The position numbers were made by a program, and so were the translations under genes. Shown one piece after another: positions 46,721 to 57,016 of a DNA stretch of 64,000 nt. Source of the stretch: a virus (lineage: Duplodnaviria; Caudoviricetes); IMG/VR virus record IMGVR_UViG_3300032332_000934, positions 50,967 through 114,966 of that record; one strand, 5' to 3'. Positions within the stretch are counted from its first letter, which is position 1. The number at the start of each line of letters is the position of its first letter. The notes under the pieces are model-generated. The model searched no databases and had not been told where the DNA came from. It worked only from the letters and a program-made list of their open reading frames with translations.

Positions 46721-47482
46721 TTAAACTGATAGAACACGGTCAATAATCTTTCCATATTCTGAACCAACGTGAGCTGAGTCACCTGATGGTAGAAGACGGA
46801 ATGTTACTGGGAATGTTGTTGCTGCTGTACGAGCCAAAGAGAACTGTGACTGCTCAACAGACAAAACACGACGTGCATAATATACACGCTCAGTTGCTGA
46901 TGCTTGTGAAGTCGGAGCCTGTCCAACTGCAATTAGCTGACGCTCTGTTGGAGCTGCACCAAGTGCACCTGCTTCCAAACCTAATGTGTCGACTGCTGTT
47001 GCGCCTGTTCCTGTTGATGTAAGTGTTGATCCCTTTTGACCAAATACTGCAAGAACGTTCTCTAGAGTACCTTCTGCCATTTCTGTAGAAATTTGAACCT
47101 GCATAGCAGACTTAAATAGCTTAGCTGTGTCAAGTAGCTGATCTACTGTTACTGAGTCGTATGTTGGCTGATAGCTGATCTGAAGACCATTATTTGTATA
47201 ACCAACGTTACGATATGCTCCACCGATTGCTGGTGTTGCCTCTGTAGGTGATGCTGTTTGAGTAGCACCTGTTGTTGTTAAAACTTTGTTTAGTGTTGTA
47301 GTATAAGACTCTCCTGATGAGAATGCTGGTACATAACGATTCTTTGATGCAACGAAAGCATTTGATGCGCCTGCGTCCATGCTTGAATCATAACCAGAAA
47401 CTGTTGAATCTTCTACTGACAAAAATAGTGGTGATGCGCCAACAAGAATATTCTTAGCGTCACCTGTATTTTGATATGCCAT
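46721..47482 (-). CDS. Major tail tube protein
   Basis: NILVGA, VGYTNNGL, VDQLLD, EGTLEN, PVTFRLLP; AGGAGG SD before MAYQ. Confidence 0.85.
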   Translation of the reverse strand: MAYQNTGDAKNILVGASPLFLSVEDSTVSGYDSSMDAGASNAFVASKNRYVPAFSSGESYTTTLNKVLTTTGATQTASPTEATPAIGGAYRNVGYTNNGLQISYQPTYDSVTVDQLLDTAKLFKSAMQVQISTEMAEGTLENVLAVFGQKGSTLTSTGTGATAVDTLGLEAGALGAAPTERQLIAVGQAPTSQASATERVYYARRVLSVEQSQFSLARTAATTFPVTFRLLPSGDSAHVGSEYGKIIDRVLSV

Positions 47483-47555
47483 AATTGTATTGCCTCCTGA
47501 TTTCATGAAATTGATATATATATATTTGGCTGGCTAGGCCCTTTCCTCTGTTCTA

Positions 47556-47584
47556 ATTTTACTCTACTAAGGTATAAAAGGCAA
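47556..47584 (-). promoter_or_regulatory. Promoter for major tail gene
   Basis: TTGCCT-N17-TAAAAT. Confidence 0.55.
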
Positions 47585-47585
47585 A

Positions 47586-48095
47586 TTAAGCAAATCTGCC
47601 TTGACCATTGGTTATTCTTGAATATTTTACTTCTAATATTACATCTGCTGCATAGAAGCCTTGTATCTCTTCTGATGGGGCAGTAGATGATATGTCTGCT
47701 ATATGTATGCTATGAAACTTGAATTTATCTGATAGCCCCGCCCATTTATTGACATCCTTTGCAGACTCATCCATTCTTCTAAACTCATCAGTTAAGAAGT
47801 TTCTTATCTCAACAATATCAAGAAGGTCTGGTGAATATAGGGTTAATAGGATTTGTTCGCAGCATATCATCCAGTTGTTCTCATAAGACATTCCTATCTT
47901 ATCGTAGACTATGTGCTTCTTGCCGCTCAAAAATTGATTCATTTCTGGCTGTTGCTGAACTGGGACAATTGGAACAAGCGTCTCATTTAGATTATCTGAG
48001 TAATAGTCTTCTTCATCAAATATATTAAGGGATGTAAGTCTACTCCATAAAAATTTTCTTATTTCAAACATTGCATCTAATTTATAATTAGCCAT
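47586..48095 (-). CDS. Tail terminator-like protein
   Basis: Position before tail tube, size 169 aa. Confidence 0.55.
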   Translation of the reverse strand: MANYKLDAMFEIRKFLWSRLTSLNIFDEEDYYSDNLNETLVPIVPVQQQPEMNQFLSGKKHIVYDKIGMSYENNWMICCEQILLTLYSPDLLDIVEIRNFLTDEFRRMDESAKDVNKWAGLSDKFKFHSIHIADISSTAPSEEIQGFYAADVILEVKYSRITNGQGRFA

Positions 48096-48879
48096 TTACT
48101 AACCTCATAAATGCTGCTGATGTTGCAACATCTGCCTCATTTGCTAATTCATTAGCAGAAAATTTATATTTAACTGATTTAACTTGTGCTGGAACTCCTA
48201 ATGCTTTAGATAATGAAGAGTTAAAAAGCTTTTGGAATCCCGATTTTTTAATAGACATATTTACTAGCTGTCCAGTAAAAAAATATCTGTATGCAGCAAA
48301 GAAAGAGTTTTTAGTTGCTACCCCTCCTGGCTTTCTGACAGTAACAGATTCACCTTTTGGCATAAATACAGTATATCCATCTACTTCAAATACCAATCTT
48401 TCTGAAAATCTTGGAGCAATAACTACTGTTTTGCCCTGCTCCATTATCTCAGCTTTTTTAACAAAGACATGCTTATTGTTAGAGTTTTCATATGGTACAA
48501 AAGATTTAGAATCTATTAATTCATAATTAACTTTTAGTGATAGCCCATCTGCTGGAAGTTTTTTTAATTTAAATAATCTTGCTTGATCATCCCCAATTCT
48601 GCTCCATTCATAAACATGGTGAAAAGATTTTGGGGATGTTCTTGCTTTTGCATCAATATAGTCTGCAAAATCAACTTCAATCTGATCAAATATTACATTT
48701 CTAAATGCTGTTTGAAATTGAGAATTAGATGCGAGCTTTGCCATAACATTTGTCTTGTAGAATAAAGCTGCGGATATCTGAGCAACAGTACTGTCTTTTA
48801 TTGCGCCACTCATTGGCTTATTAGACATTAAGTTAACTAATCCGCTTGCTGCTCTAATTGCTAAAATTTCAGATGCCAA
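48088..48879 (-). CDS. Head-tail/tail completion region protein
   Basis: HHVYEW motif; position. Confidence 0.5.
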   Translation of the reverse strand: MASEILAIRAASGLVNLMSNKPMSGAIKDSTVAQISAALFYKTNVMAKLASNSQFQTAFRNVIFDQIEVDFADYIDAKARTSPKSFHHVYEWSRIGDDQARLFKLKKLPADGLSLKVNYELIDSKSFVPYENSNNKHVFVKKAEIMEQGKTVVIAPRFSERLVFEVDGYTVFMPKGESVTVRKPGGVATKNSFFAAYRYFFTGQLVNMSIKKSGFQKLFNSSLSKALGVPAQVKSVKYKFSANELANEADVATSAAFMRLVNG

Positions 48880-49294
48880 TTTGTTGATTCTCCGCTCTTA
48901 TTAATGAAGAGTTATATCCAACTACATTTCCAAATGGTTCCGTTATTGGAGTTGTTCCAATTACATCAAATACTGTATCTGTGTCGTTTGGATAATTTAA
49001 TTCGTACCAGATTGGATTCCCATTAACATCTCTTATATTTTTAATTTTGTCTCTTGCAGTTAATCTTTCAGAAGTTCTAGCTTCAATAAATTGAATATTA
49101 GAATATTTACTTGAAAATTTTTGAGTATCATTTGATCTATTTTTGCTATTTGTTATTACACCTCTAGCATAACAATTTATTGTTTTAATATAAGAAAACT
49201 CTCTAATCATTGCACCAGTATTTAAATCTTGCCGTTCTGATTGACGATAGATATCCATTTTCATGGTCATTAAACCATCAACTAAATCAAACAT
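48869..49294 (-). CDS. Head closure (stopper)-like protein
   Basis: Position and size. Confidence 0.55.
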   Translation of the reverse strand: MFDLVDGLMTMKMDIYRQSERQDLNTGAMIREFSYIKTINCYARGVITNSKNRSNDTQKFSSKYSNIQFIEARTSERLTARDKIKNIRDVNGNPIWYELNYPNDTDTVFDVIGTTPITEPFGNVVGYNSSLIRAENQQIGI

Positions 49295-50277
49295 TACACT
49301 AATACCATTTGGGTTATAACATAATCTGTTAAAAGTTTATCTGCATAAGAAGATCCTGTTCCGCTAAAAGCTTCAGAAGAGTATTCAAAATCCCAATCTG
49401 TTGTAGATATTTTTTTAACATATCTATCTCTCCACACGCGATCTTTTGTAAAATACATTTTCATTAGCTCTACAGCTGCATCACGAACTTCATTTGGAAT
49501 ATAATCCCATCCAAATCGTGCATATACCTTATAACCCTTAGATCTTCTAAAAATATTTGAATCAACATCATTAATTGAAGGAGGCACCATTCCATTTGCA
49601 ATATATACATCATTATTAATTCCATAAAGTTGATTTATTTTTATTCCAAATCCACTTACTGTTTTTTCAACAAGCAGTCCTAAATTATTAATATTGTTAA
49701 TATTGTCTATCAATAACTCATCATTAGAATACAATGTGTGCAAAAGGTTGACTTTTTTTGTTAAAGGTAACGTATTTGAATCATTTCCTATTGTAAAAAA
49801 AGTATCGTCATGCAAATAAAACTTTTGGCCAGTATGTCTTTCAATTAAATTTCTAGCATATCTTTCAGCTAACTTTAATTCTTGATAAGTTTTATAATTG
49901 GGATCATTTGAATCTGACCCAAGTCCCATTTCTTGTGCTGCTTCCTGCAAGTCAACATAAGGAGTAACAATATCAAGATAAGTAGTGTTTGAATAAGATG
50001 CTGAATTATATTGCCAATCCCAAACCAACTTAAACTTTCTGTTTCTTGTTGTATATTGTATTGGAAGGTATACAAGAAATGATCCTTGATCTACTTCGCT
50101 TGCCTCTGCTGTAACAGTAACAATAATTGATGATGGACTAATCTGTGGAGAGATAGTTGGATCTCCAGTTATGTCATAAAATTTTACAACTACTGAGGAG
50201 CTAGGCGTTATAGCTTCACCTTTTACGTAAAGCTTTGTTGTTGCCGCCGTGCTTGTGTTCTGATATATCTCTGCCAT
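49294..50277 (-). CDS. Head-tail adaptor
   Basis: IERHTGQKF, FGWDYIPNEVRDAA, TG..YAD.LL. Confidence 0.7.
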   Translation of the reverse strand: MAEIYQNTSTAATTKLYVKGEAITPSSSVVVKFYDITGDPTISPQISPSSIIVTVTAEASEVDQGSFLVYLPIQYTTRNRKFKLVWDWQYNSASYSNTTYLDIVTPYVDLQEAAQEMGLGSDSNDPNYKTYQELKLAERYARNLIERHTGQKFYLHDDTFFTIGNDSNTLPLTKKVNLLHTLYSNDELLIDNINNINNLGLLVEKTVSGFGIKINQLYGINNDVYIANGMVPPSINDVDSNIFRRSKGYKVYARFGWDYIPNEVRDAAVELMKMYFTKDRVWRDRYVKKISTTDWDFEYSSEAFSGTGSSYADKLLTDYVITQMVLV

Positions 50278-50286
50278 GTGTTAGGC

Positions 50287-50685
50287 TTAGTTGTAGTACT
50301 CCTGTACTTCTCTAGGTGTAGCCAATCTAAACCCTTCCTCCTTATCAAAAATTTCTTGAGCCACATCGGGCTTCATTGCTACAAATGGATGGTCTCTTGT
50401 GAATGTAAAACCTAGTGCATCATATCTAGCATTTGGTCTATCCATCTTTACAAGAACCATATCTTCATCTAACTTTTGAGTTGGATCTAGTCTAGGAAGA
50501 ATTTCATCTGCATCTTCTTTTGCATTCTCAATATTTTTAAGTGTTCCCTGGTAAACTGACCAGGTAACTCCTTCTTCTGAAAGTGATGCAATAATATCTG
50601 CTTTATTTTTTAGGCCGTCCACATCAACTGCGAAATCCGCTGCTAATGCTTTTAAATCTTTGACCTTAAGTGTGTCAAATGACAT
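50287..50685 (-). CDS. Hypothetical head-associated protein with HeH/Rho-N-like N-terminus
   Basis: LKVKDLKALA...KADII; FTRDHPF; TGCTATAAT promoter at 50711-50719. Confidence 0.6.
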   Translation of the reverse strand: MSFDTLKVKDLKALAADFAVDVDGLKNKADIIASLSEEGVTWSVYQGTLKNIENAKEDADEILPRLDPTQKLDEDMVLVKMDRPNARYDALGFTFTRDHPFVAMKPDVAQEIFDKEEGFRLATPREVQEYYN

Positions 50686-50734
50686 ATATACTCCTTTGGT
50701 ATGTATACAAATTATAGCACTATAAAATTAAAAT

Positions 50735-50766
50735 GAAAAGCCCCTAAAATTAATTAGGGGCCTTTC
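50735..50766 (-). terminator. Intrinsic terminator after major capsid gene
   Basis: GCCCCTAA-loop-TTAGGGGC then TTTTC. Confidence 0.75.
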
Positions 50767-50785
50767 CAGCAAGTTATTTCTTAAA

Positions 50786-51841
50786 TTAAGAAGCAACCTT
50801 AACGTCTTTAACGACAACCCATGCGTCTGCCTGCTCAATTTGAGTACCAACACGAGTATACATTGTATATTCGATTGAGTCTTTCTTTGGCCAGAAGAAG
50901 CGATAAACAGTTACATCACGCTTGATACCAATAACAACGTTATTAGGGAATGTCAAGTGGACGTCTCCGTGCTCTCCTGTTGGGCTTGCATATGAACCAG
51001 TCTGAGTTTCTTTTAGTAGCGGAACTTCAACAATTGGAATACCAAATGCAAATGGAGCTACGAAACCTGCTGGACCACCGAGTCCTGATTCGTTTCCACG
51101 AATAATGCTTGAAGCAATATCCTGTGGGTTTGCAGAACCATAGTTACCTAGCTGTGAAGCTGAATACAAATAGTCCTGAATTAAGTTTGAGCCTGCAAGG
51201 AAGCGTAGGTCTGGACGACGTTGCTTGTACTTACGTGGCATAGCCTTAAGAGCCTTGTTAAATATTTCACGAGACACTGCTGCGCCCGCTCCAGCTACTA
51301 CGTGGCCGTTTGCCTTTGCAATCTTGACAATACCGTCGAATGCCTTATAAAGGTTATCTCCAGTTAGAGCTGTGTTACCGTTAAGGACTACATCCTCTAG
51401 GTCGTTACCAGCCTGTGTTGCCATAAGTCTTGCAATGTGATCTTCTAGGTCAGCACCTTCAATATTGTCTTCTAGAGACTCAGTTGAAAGTTCCCAATCT
51501 AGGCGAAGTTTCTTTGTTGTGAGAGAAATCTTTGAGAACTGCACTGCTGCATTTGAGCCAGTATTCTCGGCTTCGGTTGCAAGCTTCATAAGCTTCTCAC
51601 CAACGCCAACGCGATCAATCTCTGTAGTGTCAGCTCTCATTCGAACTGTACGTGCTACCTTACCGATTACTGTTGCATCGAACATGTAATCTAGGAATCT
51701 TGCGGATTGCTCAGGATTGAGCAAGCCTCCCTTACCCTCGGAACCTACGTGAATTCCGTCGGTTGGGTTTGCAGAACCTACCATGCTACCTGTTAAAGTA
51801 GAATTTGCTTCTGCTGCTTTTGCTAATAGTTCATTACTCAT
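50786..51841 (-). CDS. Major capsid protein (HK97 fold)
   Basis: GGLLNPEQSARF, ESLEDNIEG, GNDLED, GIPIVEVP. Confidence 0.92.
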   Translation of the reverse strand: MSNELLAKAAEANSTLTGSMVGSANPTDGIHVGSEGKGGLLNPEQSARFLDYMFDATVIGKVARTVRMRADTTEIDRVGVGEKLMKLATEAENTGSNAAVQFSKISLTTKKLRLDWELSTESLEDNIEGADLEDHIARLMATQAGNDLEDVVLNGNTALTGDNLYKAFDGIVKIAKANGHVVAGAGAAVSREIFNKALKAMPRKYKQRRPDLRFLAGSNLIQDYLYSASQLGNYGSANPQDIASSIIRGNESGLGGPAGFVAPFAFGIPIVEVPLLKETQTGSYASPTGEHGDVHLTFPNNVVIGIKRDVTVYRFFWPKKDSIEYTMYTRVGTQIEQADAWVVVKDVKVAS

Positions 51842-51858
51842 TAGTTTTCACCATACCC

Positions 51859-53172
51859 TTATTTTGTTAATTCGCTAACGGAACCGAGGAAAGTGCCGTT
51901 CCATTTTGATTTTTTGATTGTTACTCCTGTTGACCCGCCAAGGTCAGAGGACTTCTTGATTGCAGTGTCTGATTCTACTGCGTCTACTCTTTTTTCAACT
52001 GTGTCCATAATAGACTTAATTGAATCAACTGCTGTTGAGAGTTCTGTGTGCTTTTCTGCTAATTCTGAAATTCTCAAATCGACATTCTTGCTAAAAGCTT
52101 CGACTGTCTCCTTGATTGTTGAAACCTGAGCAGCGTTTGCCTCAGAGGCCTTTTCCAAAGTCTCTGAGAAGAAACCCTTAAGGTCGCCTAGCATTTTAAC
52201 AAAGTCAGGTGATTCCTGTTCTGTTAGTTCTGCTGATTTTTCCAGAACTTCGGCAGAAGTTACTTCAGCTACAATTTCAGCAGAATCTTGTTCTACTGGG
52301 GCAACTTCTTCAATAATTTCTGCAGTTGTTTCTACTACTGCTTCTTCTAATACTGGAGTTGCTTCTGTTACATTAAGCTTTTCCACTTCATTTCCTCCTT
52401 CTGCAATTGCCGTATTTATATTTTGTGTTTCAGGCAATGTTTGCAATCTTGATCTACGTGAATCAAGAATCTTTTCTATTTCTTTTCCTTTGTTTACGTC
52501 GTTTGATTCTACCCACCCAATAAGCTCTGTCTTTTTGCCAGTAACTGGAGATAGGTATTCTGATTCTGTTGACATAAAAACAGAATCACTGTCTGCACAA
52601 TAAAAAATATTTTCCATTTTAACATCTGCTGCGATGCCTTTAAAAATCATTTGTCCGTTTACTTTTTCAATAGAAAAAATGTTACATAGTTCGTTTGCTG
52701 GTGAATCAACGATTGATAGTTCAACTAGTGCGTAATCTTTAATAAATCTTACTGATGCTCCTGTTGATTTGTTTACTTCGTTATCTGATTCAAGAATCTT
52801 TCCGCCGATTGAGAAACCAGTTAGAGTTCCGTCTAGAACTTTTTCCCATGTATCTTGAGCGCCTTTTGAAATGTATGCATCAACGTAAACTCCGTTGTAA
52901 AATTCTTTTGTTATTGGGTCGTAAAAAGTCTCTGGTCTAAATGAAGCAACCTTACCAACTGCAAGTGGCTGATGCATTTCTCTTAGGTTTCCTCTAAAAC
53001 CTTCGAACGCTTTCATGCTTGCTTCTTGTGTAACGACGTCACCAGTCTGATCCAGGTTGTCTAATGTTGCAAACCCTGAGACTGTTCTTTTTTCTCTGTT
53101 GACCTTTGTGAACGGAACAGCTAAATTAATAGCATTTCCATTAGAAGACCAATGTGACTTTTCGATAATCAT
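51859..53172 (-). CDS. Prohead protease fused to scaffold
   Basis: VSGFAT, REMH, GFSIGG, ELSIVDSPAN; acidic coiled C-terminus. Confidence 0.9.
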   Translation of the reverse strand: MIIEKSHWSSNGNAINLAVPFTKVNREKRTVSGFATLDNLDQTGDVVTQEASMKAFEGFRGNLREMHQPLAVGKVASFRPETFYDPITKEFYNGVYVDAYISKGAQDTWEKVLDGTLTGFSIGGKILESDNEVNKSTGASVRFIKDYALVELSIVDSPANELCNIFSIEKVNGQMIFKGIAADVKMENIFYCADSDSVFMSTESEYLSPVTGKKTELIGWVESNDVNKGKEIEKILDSRRSRLQTLPETQNINTAIAEGGNEVEKLNVTEATPVLEEAVVETTAEIIEEVAPVEQDSAEIVAEVTSAEVLEKSAELTEQESPDFVKMLGDLKGFFSETLEKASEANAAQVSTIKETVEAFSKNVDLRISELAEKHTELSTAVDSIKSIMDTVEKRVDAVESDTAIKKSSDLGGSTGVTIKKSKWNGTFLGSVSELTK

Positions 53173-53181
53173 ATGTTATAT

Positions 53182-53210
53182 ATTATAGAGATTGTTACAT
53201 AAAAAGGCAA
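53182..53210 (-). promoter_or_regulatory. Promoter for protease-capsid operon
   Basis: TTGCCT-N17-TATAAT, 9 nt before ATG, no SD. Confidence 0.6.
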
Positions 53211-53228
53211 ATAACTAGTTGAGCAGGA

Positions 53229-54809
53229 CTAGTTGACTTGTCTTCCATCTCCCTTTGTATTTCTGCCCTCCCCAGATTTATCTGGAGAATTGGCTGACCT
53301 TTCTTGATCACGAGTTCTGCTTTGTGTAGCTTGGGCTTTAATTTCGGCTGCTTGGGCTGCAAGATCTACTGGGACATCCCCACCGTCTCTTGGAACCATG
53401 CCCATTCTAACTCTAATTTCATTTGGAGTTATTACCTGGAATCTAAGATATCTTTCATCAATTTTAGATTGAGTATCAGCATCAGTAAGACTTAATTCAT
53501 TAAATTTAAGCTCTAAAGCATCAGTCATTTCCTGTACTATTTTATTTAATTTTTTCTCTAAAATATCTTGAGCTGGGGCACAAACTTGCTCTTTAAATGT
53601 TTTATCTGCGTCTCTAGCATTTGCCAAAGATACGCCAGTTGCAGTTCCAATTTTATTAATTGGAACTCTGTGGGCCATCAATATTTCATCCCTATTAGAT
53701 TGACGATAAATATTAAATGAAGACTCTTGAGATCCCGCTTCAATTGGCTCCATTTTAAATTCAGTTTTTGAATCTGGGGAATCTGGAGGAAGCGGAATAT
53801 ATAGAGATCTATGATTCTTGCCTCTTAATCCTACTTGGAAAAACTCAAGCAATTTTCTTTCTGATTCCGCAGAAAGCTTTGCTCCCTTTACTGTAATAAT
53901 ATATCTTGGTACCGCTTTATTCTCAAAGTAGTCTAAGTTATACTTACCAGCAAATTCATTACCAGCCATAGCATTTTGTGCTGCAATAATATCTGGGATA
54001 CCATAATAGTTATTTTTTGGAGTATACTTTTTTAAATGAATAATTTCATTTGGTCTATCTTCTTGGCCAGCTATTGGATTTACAGTTTTTGTGTCTCCAA
54101 AATTTCTAAAAAATACAGCCTTGCCATAAAGTAATTGAATAAAACCGTCTCTAAAGCGTCTTACACGCATTGTTTTTGAAGGTACATGCCCAATGTACCC
54201 AATCTTTCCAGTAGTGGTTCTACCGACCTCCAGATACCCATTACCAGTAGCTTCTACGTCTGTGTAAAACTTGATAAGCGTTTCTTTAAAAGTTTCATCA
54301 TCATTACAATCCTCAAGCCACGTATGAAGGTCTTGCTTAATTCTATTTAGCTTTTTGCGAGCACGGTCTAATTGCTTTTCATCTTCAATGCCGTCAAGGG
54401 CATCTGTAGTTTTTTTTGATTCAATAAAATCAAAGCCTAGGCCAACAATGTTAGAAACTTTTGCATTAATTGCAGCATAGTTATATGGAGAAATTTCATA
54501 AATAGTTGAAAGATAATCTAGATTATATTCTGGCTGTATTAGATCAAACATAGCATATCCGCTTACTGCCTGCTGAACTTGAAGTTGCTGGCTTACTGCG
54601 CCATCTTTACCTACAAATGCTTTTTGAAATTCTCTCGAAACTTTTCTTCTAAAAGATGGCCCAAGCCCAGAAAGCTTTAATATTTCTTCAGCATCCATTT
54701 CAAATGTATCGTCTGATTTTTGTGTTGTTGGATTATTAAATCTCATCCAGTCTGCGACATTAGATATTTCTACGCTATCTGCAACTGCATCTTCATCGTA
54801 TTCAATCAT
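53229..54809 (-). CDS. Portal protein (PBSX/HK97 family)
   Basis: TGNGYLE, NEIIHLK, YYGIP, YFENKAVP, ITPNEIR. Confidence 0.92.
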   Translation of the reverse strand: MIEYDEDAVADSVEISNVADWMRFNNPTTQKSDDTFEMDAEEILKLSGLGPSFRRKVSREFQKAFVGKDGAVSQQLQVQQAVSGYAMFDLIQPEYNLDYLSTIYEISPYNYAAINAKVSNIVGLGFDFIESKKTTDALDGIEDEKQLDRARKKLNRIKQDLHTWLEDCNDDETFKETLIKFYTDVEATGNGYLEVGRTTTGKIGYIGHVPSKTMRVRRFRDGFIQLLYGKAVFFRNFGDTKTVNPIAGQEDRPNEIIHLKKYTPKNNYYGIPDIIAAQNAMAGNEFAGKYNLDYFENKAVPRYIITVKGAKLSAESERKLLEFFQVGLRGKNHRSLYIPLPPDSPDSKTEFKMEPIEAGSQESSFNIYRQSNRDEILMAHRVPINKIGTATGVSLANARDADKTFKEQVCAPAQDILEKKLNKIVQEMTDALELKFNELSLTDADTQSKIDERYLRFQVITPNEIRVRMGMVPRDGGDVPVDLAAQAAEIKAQATQSRTRDQERSANSPDKSGEGRNTKGDGRQVN

Positions 54810-55150
54810 TATTTGGGACCTTTCAGTTTAGCCATTTCTTCCTTATGTACACCAATATCAAGCGGATCTGGAGTTAGACCCCATCTCAATCTTTGCTTTT
54901 GATACTCAAATTCTTCTTCATCAATTTGTCGGCTTCCTTCAATAAATTTAGGCTGACCAACATCAATTCCATAATGTGCAACTGCAGAAGCAAGTAGTGC
55001 TATTCTTTCTTTATTACCTAGCATAGATGCTATTGACAGAAAATTATTATCTTCATCTCCTACCCATCTACCGTCTGGCATTTCCCAAACATAGACTCCT
55101 AGCCTGGTCTCGCCAGATTTCATTTGAGCATTGATTTTTTTTATGTCCAT
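54809..55150 (-). CDS. Conserved hypothetical protein upstream of portal
   Basis: GVYVWEMPDG...GLTPDPLD; TGGTAAAAT promoter 8 nt upstream. Confidence 0.7.
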   Translation of the reverse strand: MDIKKINAQMKSGETRLGVYVWEMPDGRWVGDEDNNFLSIASMLGNKERIALLASAVAHYGIDVGQPKFIEGSRQIDEEEFEYQKQRLRWGLTPDPLDIGVHKEEMAKLKGPK

Positions 55151-55213
55151 AGTTAATTATTTTACCATTCTTATATACATAAGTCCAGCTTTTTGTCACT
55201 TAACCTGACAAAA

Positions 55214-56977
55214 TTATAGGATTTGTAACACGACTCTGTCTCTAGAGTATGTTCTTACTGACTCTTCTGTCAAGGTTACTGACGATCCTTGGGCAATTGA
55301 GGCTGGCTTGCCAATATACAGGTCGTAATGCTCTTGATGACTAATAGCATCATTAGCATATAGCGCTATATTTTGATATAAATTGTCATCTAATACACCT
55401 GATCTTACACCCAATAATTGCTTTCCATTAAACCATATTTGACCAGTTATTGCAGCAGTTGTCTTTATTAGTATATAGTTTGGCTCTCCTATATAAAGGT
55501 ATGAAGATATGTTTGTAGCAGATGAGGCATCTTGGCCATTGATATAGATATTGCTAATATTAGACTTTGTTATTGCTCCGCCTGCCGCCCATGATAGTGC
55601 CGTTTCTACAGAGCCAGTTTTGTTAAACAAGATATGACCGTTAGACAATGTTTTTGGAGTAAAGACCATCTCAATGTTTCTATTTTGTGCAACAGAATCA
55701 ATAAAGAAAGCTGAAGATTTTGGTCGTATCCCATCTTTATAATTTCTTGATCTTGCTGGATAGTTTTCATTTGAAATATCAAAATCCCACAGTGTTCCTG
55801 TTGTTGGCTGTGATGTAGACAATGTGCTTCCACCATTATGAGCAAACATTCTTTTTTGTGAGTAGAAATAAACCTTTAAAGAATAAAGTTCTGGCAAGTA
55901 CACATCTGAATTTGTAGAATTAAATACAAATTTAAAATATAATACTTTTGTTGAAGAAAAACTAGATCCTTGAGAAAATCCTGGAATGGATGACCCATTT
56001 ACACAAGCAGTCCATGGGCCAGATGCTGAAGTTTCTGAAACATACACTGAAACTCCACTAGAAGATACCCAGTCAATCTTTGAAGACACATAGCTTTTTG
56101 TCATGTTTAAAACCATATCCTCTACAAACTCACCAGATGTAAATCCTGAATTTAAATAAATGCTGTTATTGTTTTTGCTATAAGATAGCGCTTGGTTATC
56201 ATAAATTAAAGTATCCCAGGAAACTTGTGCTGGATAAACATATTTAGTTTCCACATCTTGGTATCTTTCTGACGCCCTAAACAGCTCACCTAAATCTGGC
56301 ACTGAAACCTGCTCATCATTATTTAAAAATAAATTATTATAGTGTGAAAGTATGGATCTGTGAGATAGTGAATATCTATATGCAGCTGGACAATCAATTA
56401 TAAAATATTCTCCAGATAAAGCGGGTCCTGAAGAAAGAACAAGGCTAGTGTTTGTAAACTTAACAGATATGTATTTAGATGCTACCAATACACCATCAAC
56501 ATAAAGACTCATATGAGAAACTGAATATACACCAACAATATGAATTACTCTATTTGGATTAGGAACAGAGTAATCAATTCTTTCCCCTTCTAATTTAAAT
56601 ACAGCATTCCCATTATCCCAATATAACCCGATGCCACTTGAGTCAGCAAGTACGGGTGTTAGGGATGTTATTGTTTTTGGATGTATCCATGCTTCTAATG
56701 TAAAATCATTATCATACGTTGAATTTGTTGCAAACCCTCCCGTACCAACTGTTCCAGAAAAATCTTTTGATATAGTAAATTGCAAATAGTTTGCGCTATC
56801 TATTTTATTAGAATGTACTCCACCAGATACAATTGGCATACCCGATTTAGATATTTGTCCCAAATAGGATCCATTATTTCCGCACCCAGAAGTGTCATAG
56901 GCTATTGATCCAGATGATTCATCTAGCTTCCATAAACCTATAGGTGAGTCTTTAATTGATGCTAAGTAGTAGGACAT
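55214..56977 (-). CDS. LamG/concanavalin A-like domain virion protein
   Basis: PIGLWKLDE...DTSG.GN, FTLEAWI, HIVGVY...LYVDG; leaderless TGATATAAT promoter (56984-56992). Confidence 0.8.
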   Translation of the reverse strand: MSYYLASIKDSPIGLWKLDESSGSIAYDTSGCGNNGSYLGQISKSGMPIVSGGVHSNKIDSANYLQFTISKDFSGTVGTGGFATNSTYDNDFTLEAWIHPKTITSLTPVLADSSGIGLYWDNGNAVFKLEGERIDYSVPNPNRVIHIVGVYSVSHMSLYVDGVLVASKYISVKFTNTSLVLSSGPALSGEYFIIDCPAAYRYSLSHRSILSHYNNLFLNNDEQVSVPDLGELFRASERYQDVETKYVYPAQVSWDTLIYDNQALSYSKNNNSIYLNSGFTSGEFVEDMVLNMTKSYVSSKIDWVSSSGVSVYVSETSASGPWTACVNGSSIPGFSQGSSFSSTKVLYFKFVFNSTNSDVYLPELYSLKVYFYSQKRMFAHNGGSTLSTSQPTTGTLWDFDISNENYPARSRNYKDGIRPKSSAFFIDSVAQNRNIEMVFTPKTLSNGHILFNKTGSVETALSWAAGGAITKSNISNIYINGQDASSATNISSYLYIGEPNYILIKTTAAITGQIWFNGKQLLGVRSGVLDDNLYQNIALYANDAISHQEHYDLYIGKPASIAQGSSVTLTEESVRTYSRDRVVLQIL

Positions 56978-57016
56978 CTTTATATTATATCAGATACCCG
57001 TCCTATTGGATATTGA

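Noticed and set aside
47500-47525. ATTTCATGAAAT palindrome and (AT)n run before the major tail gene
   Set aside because: AT-rich and plausibly chance; no second copy noticed
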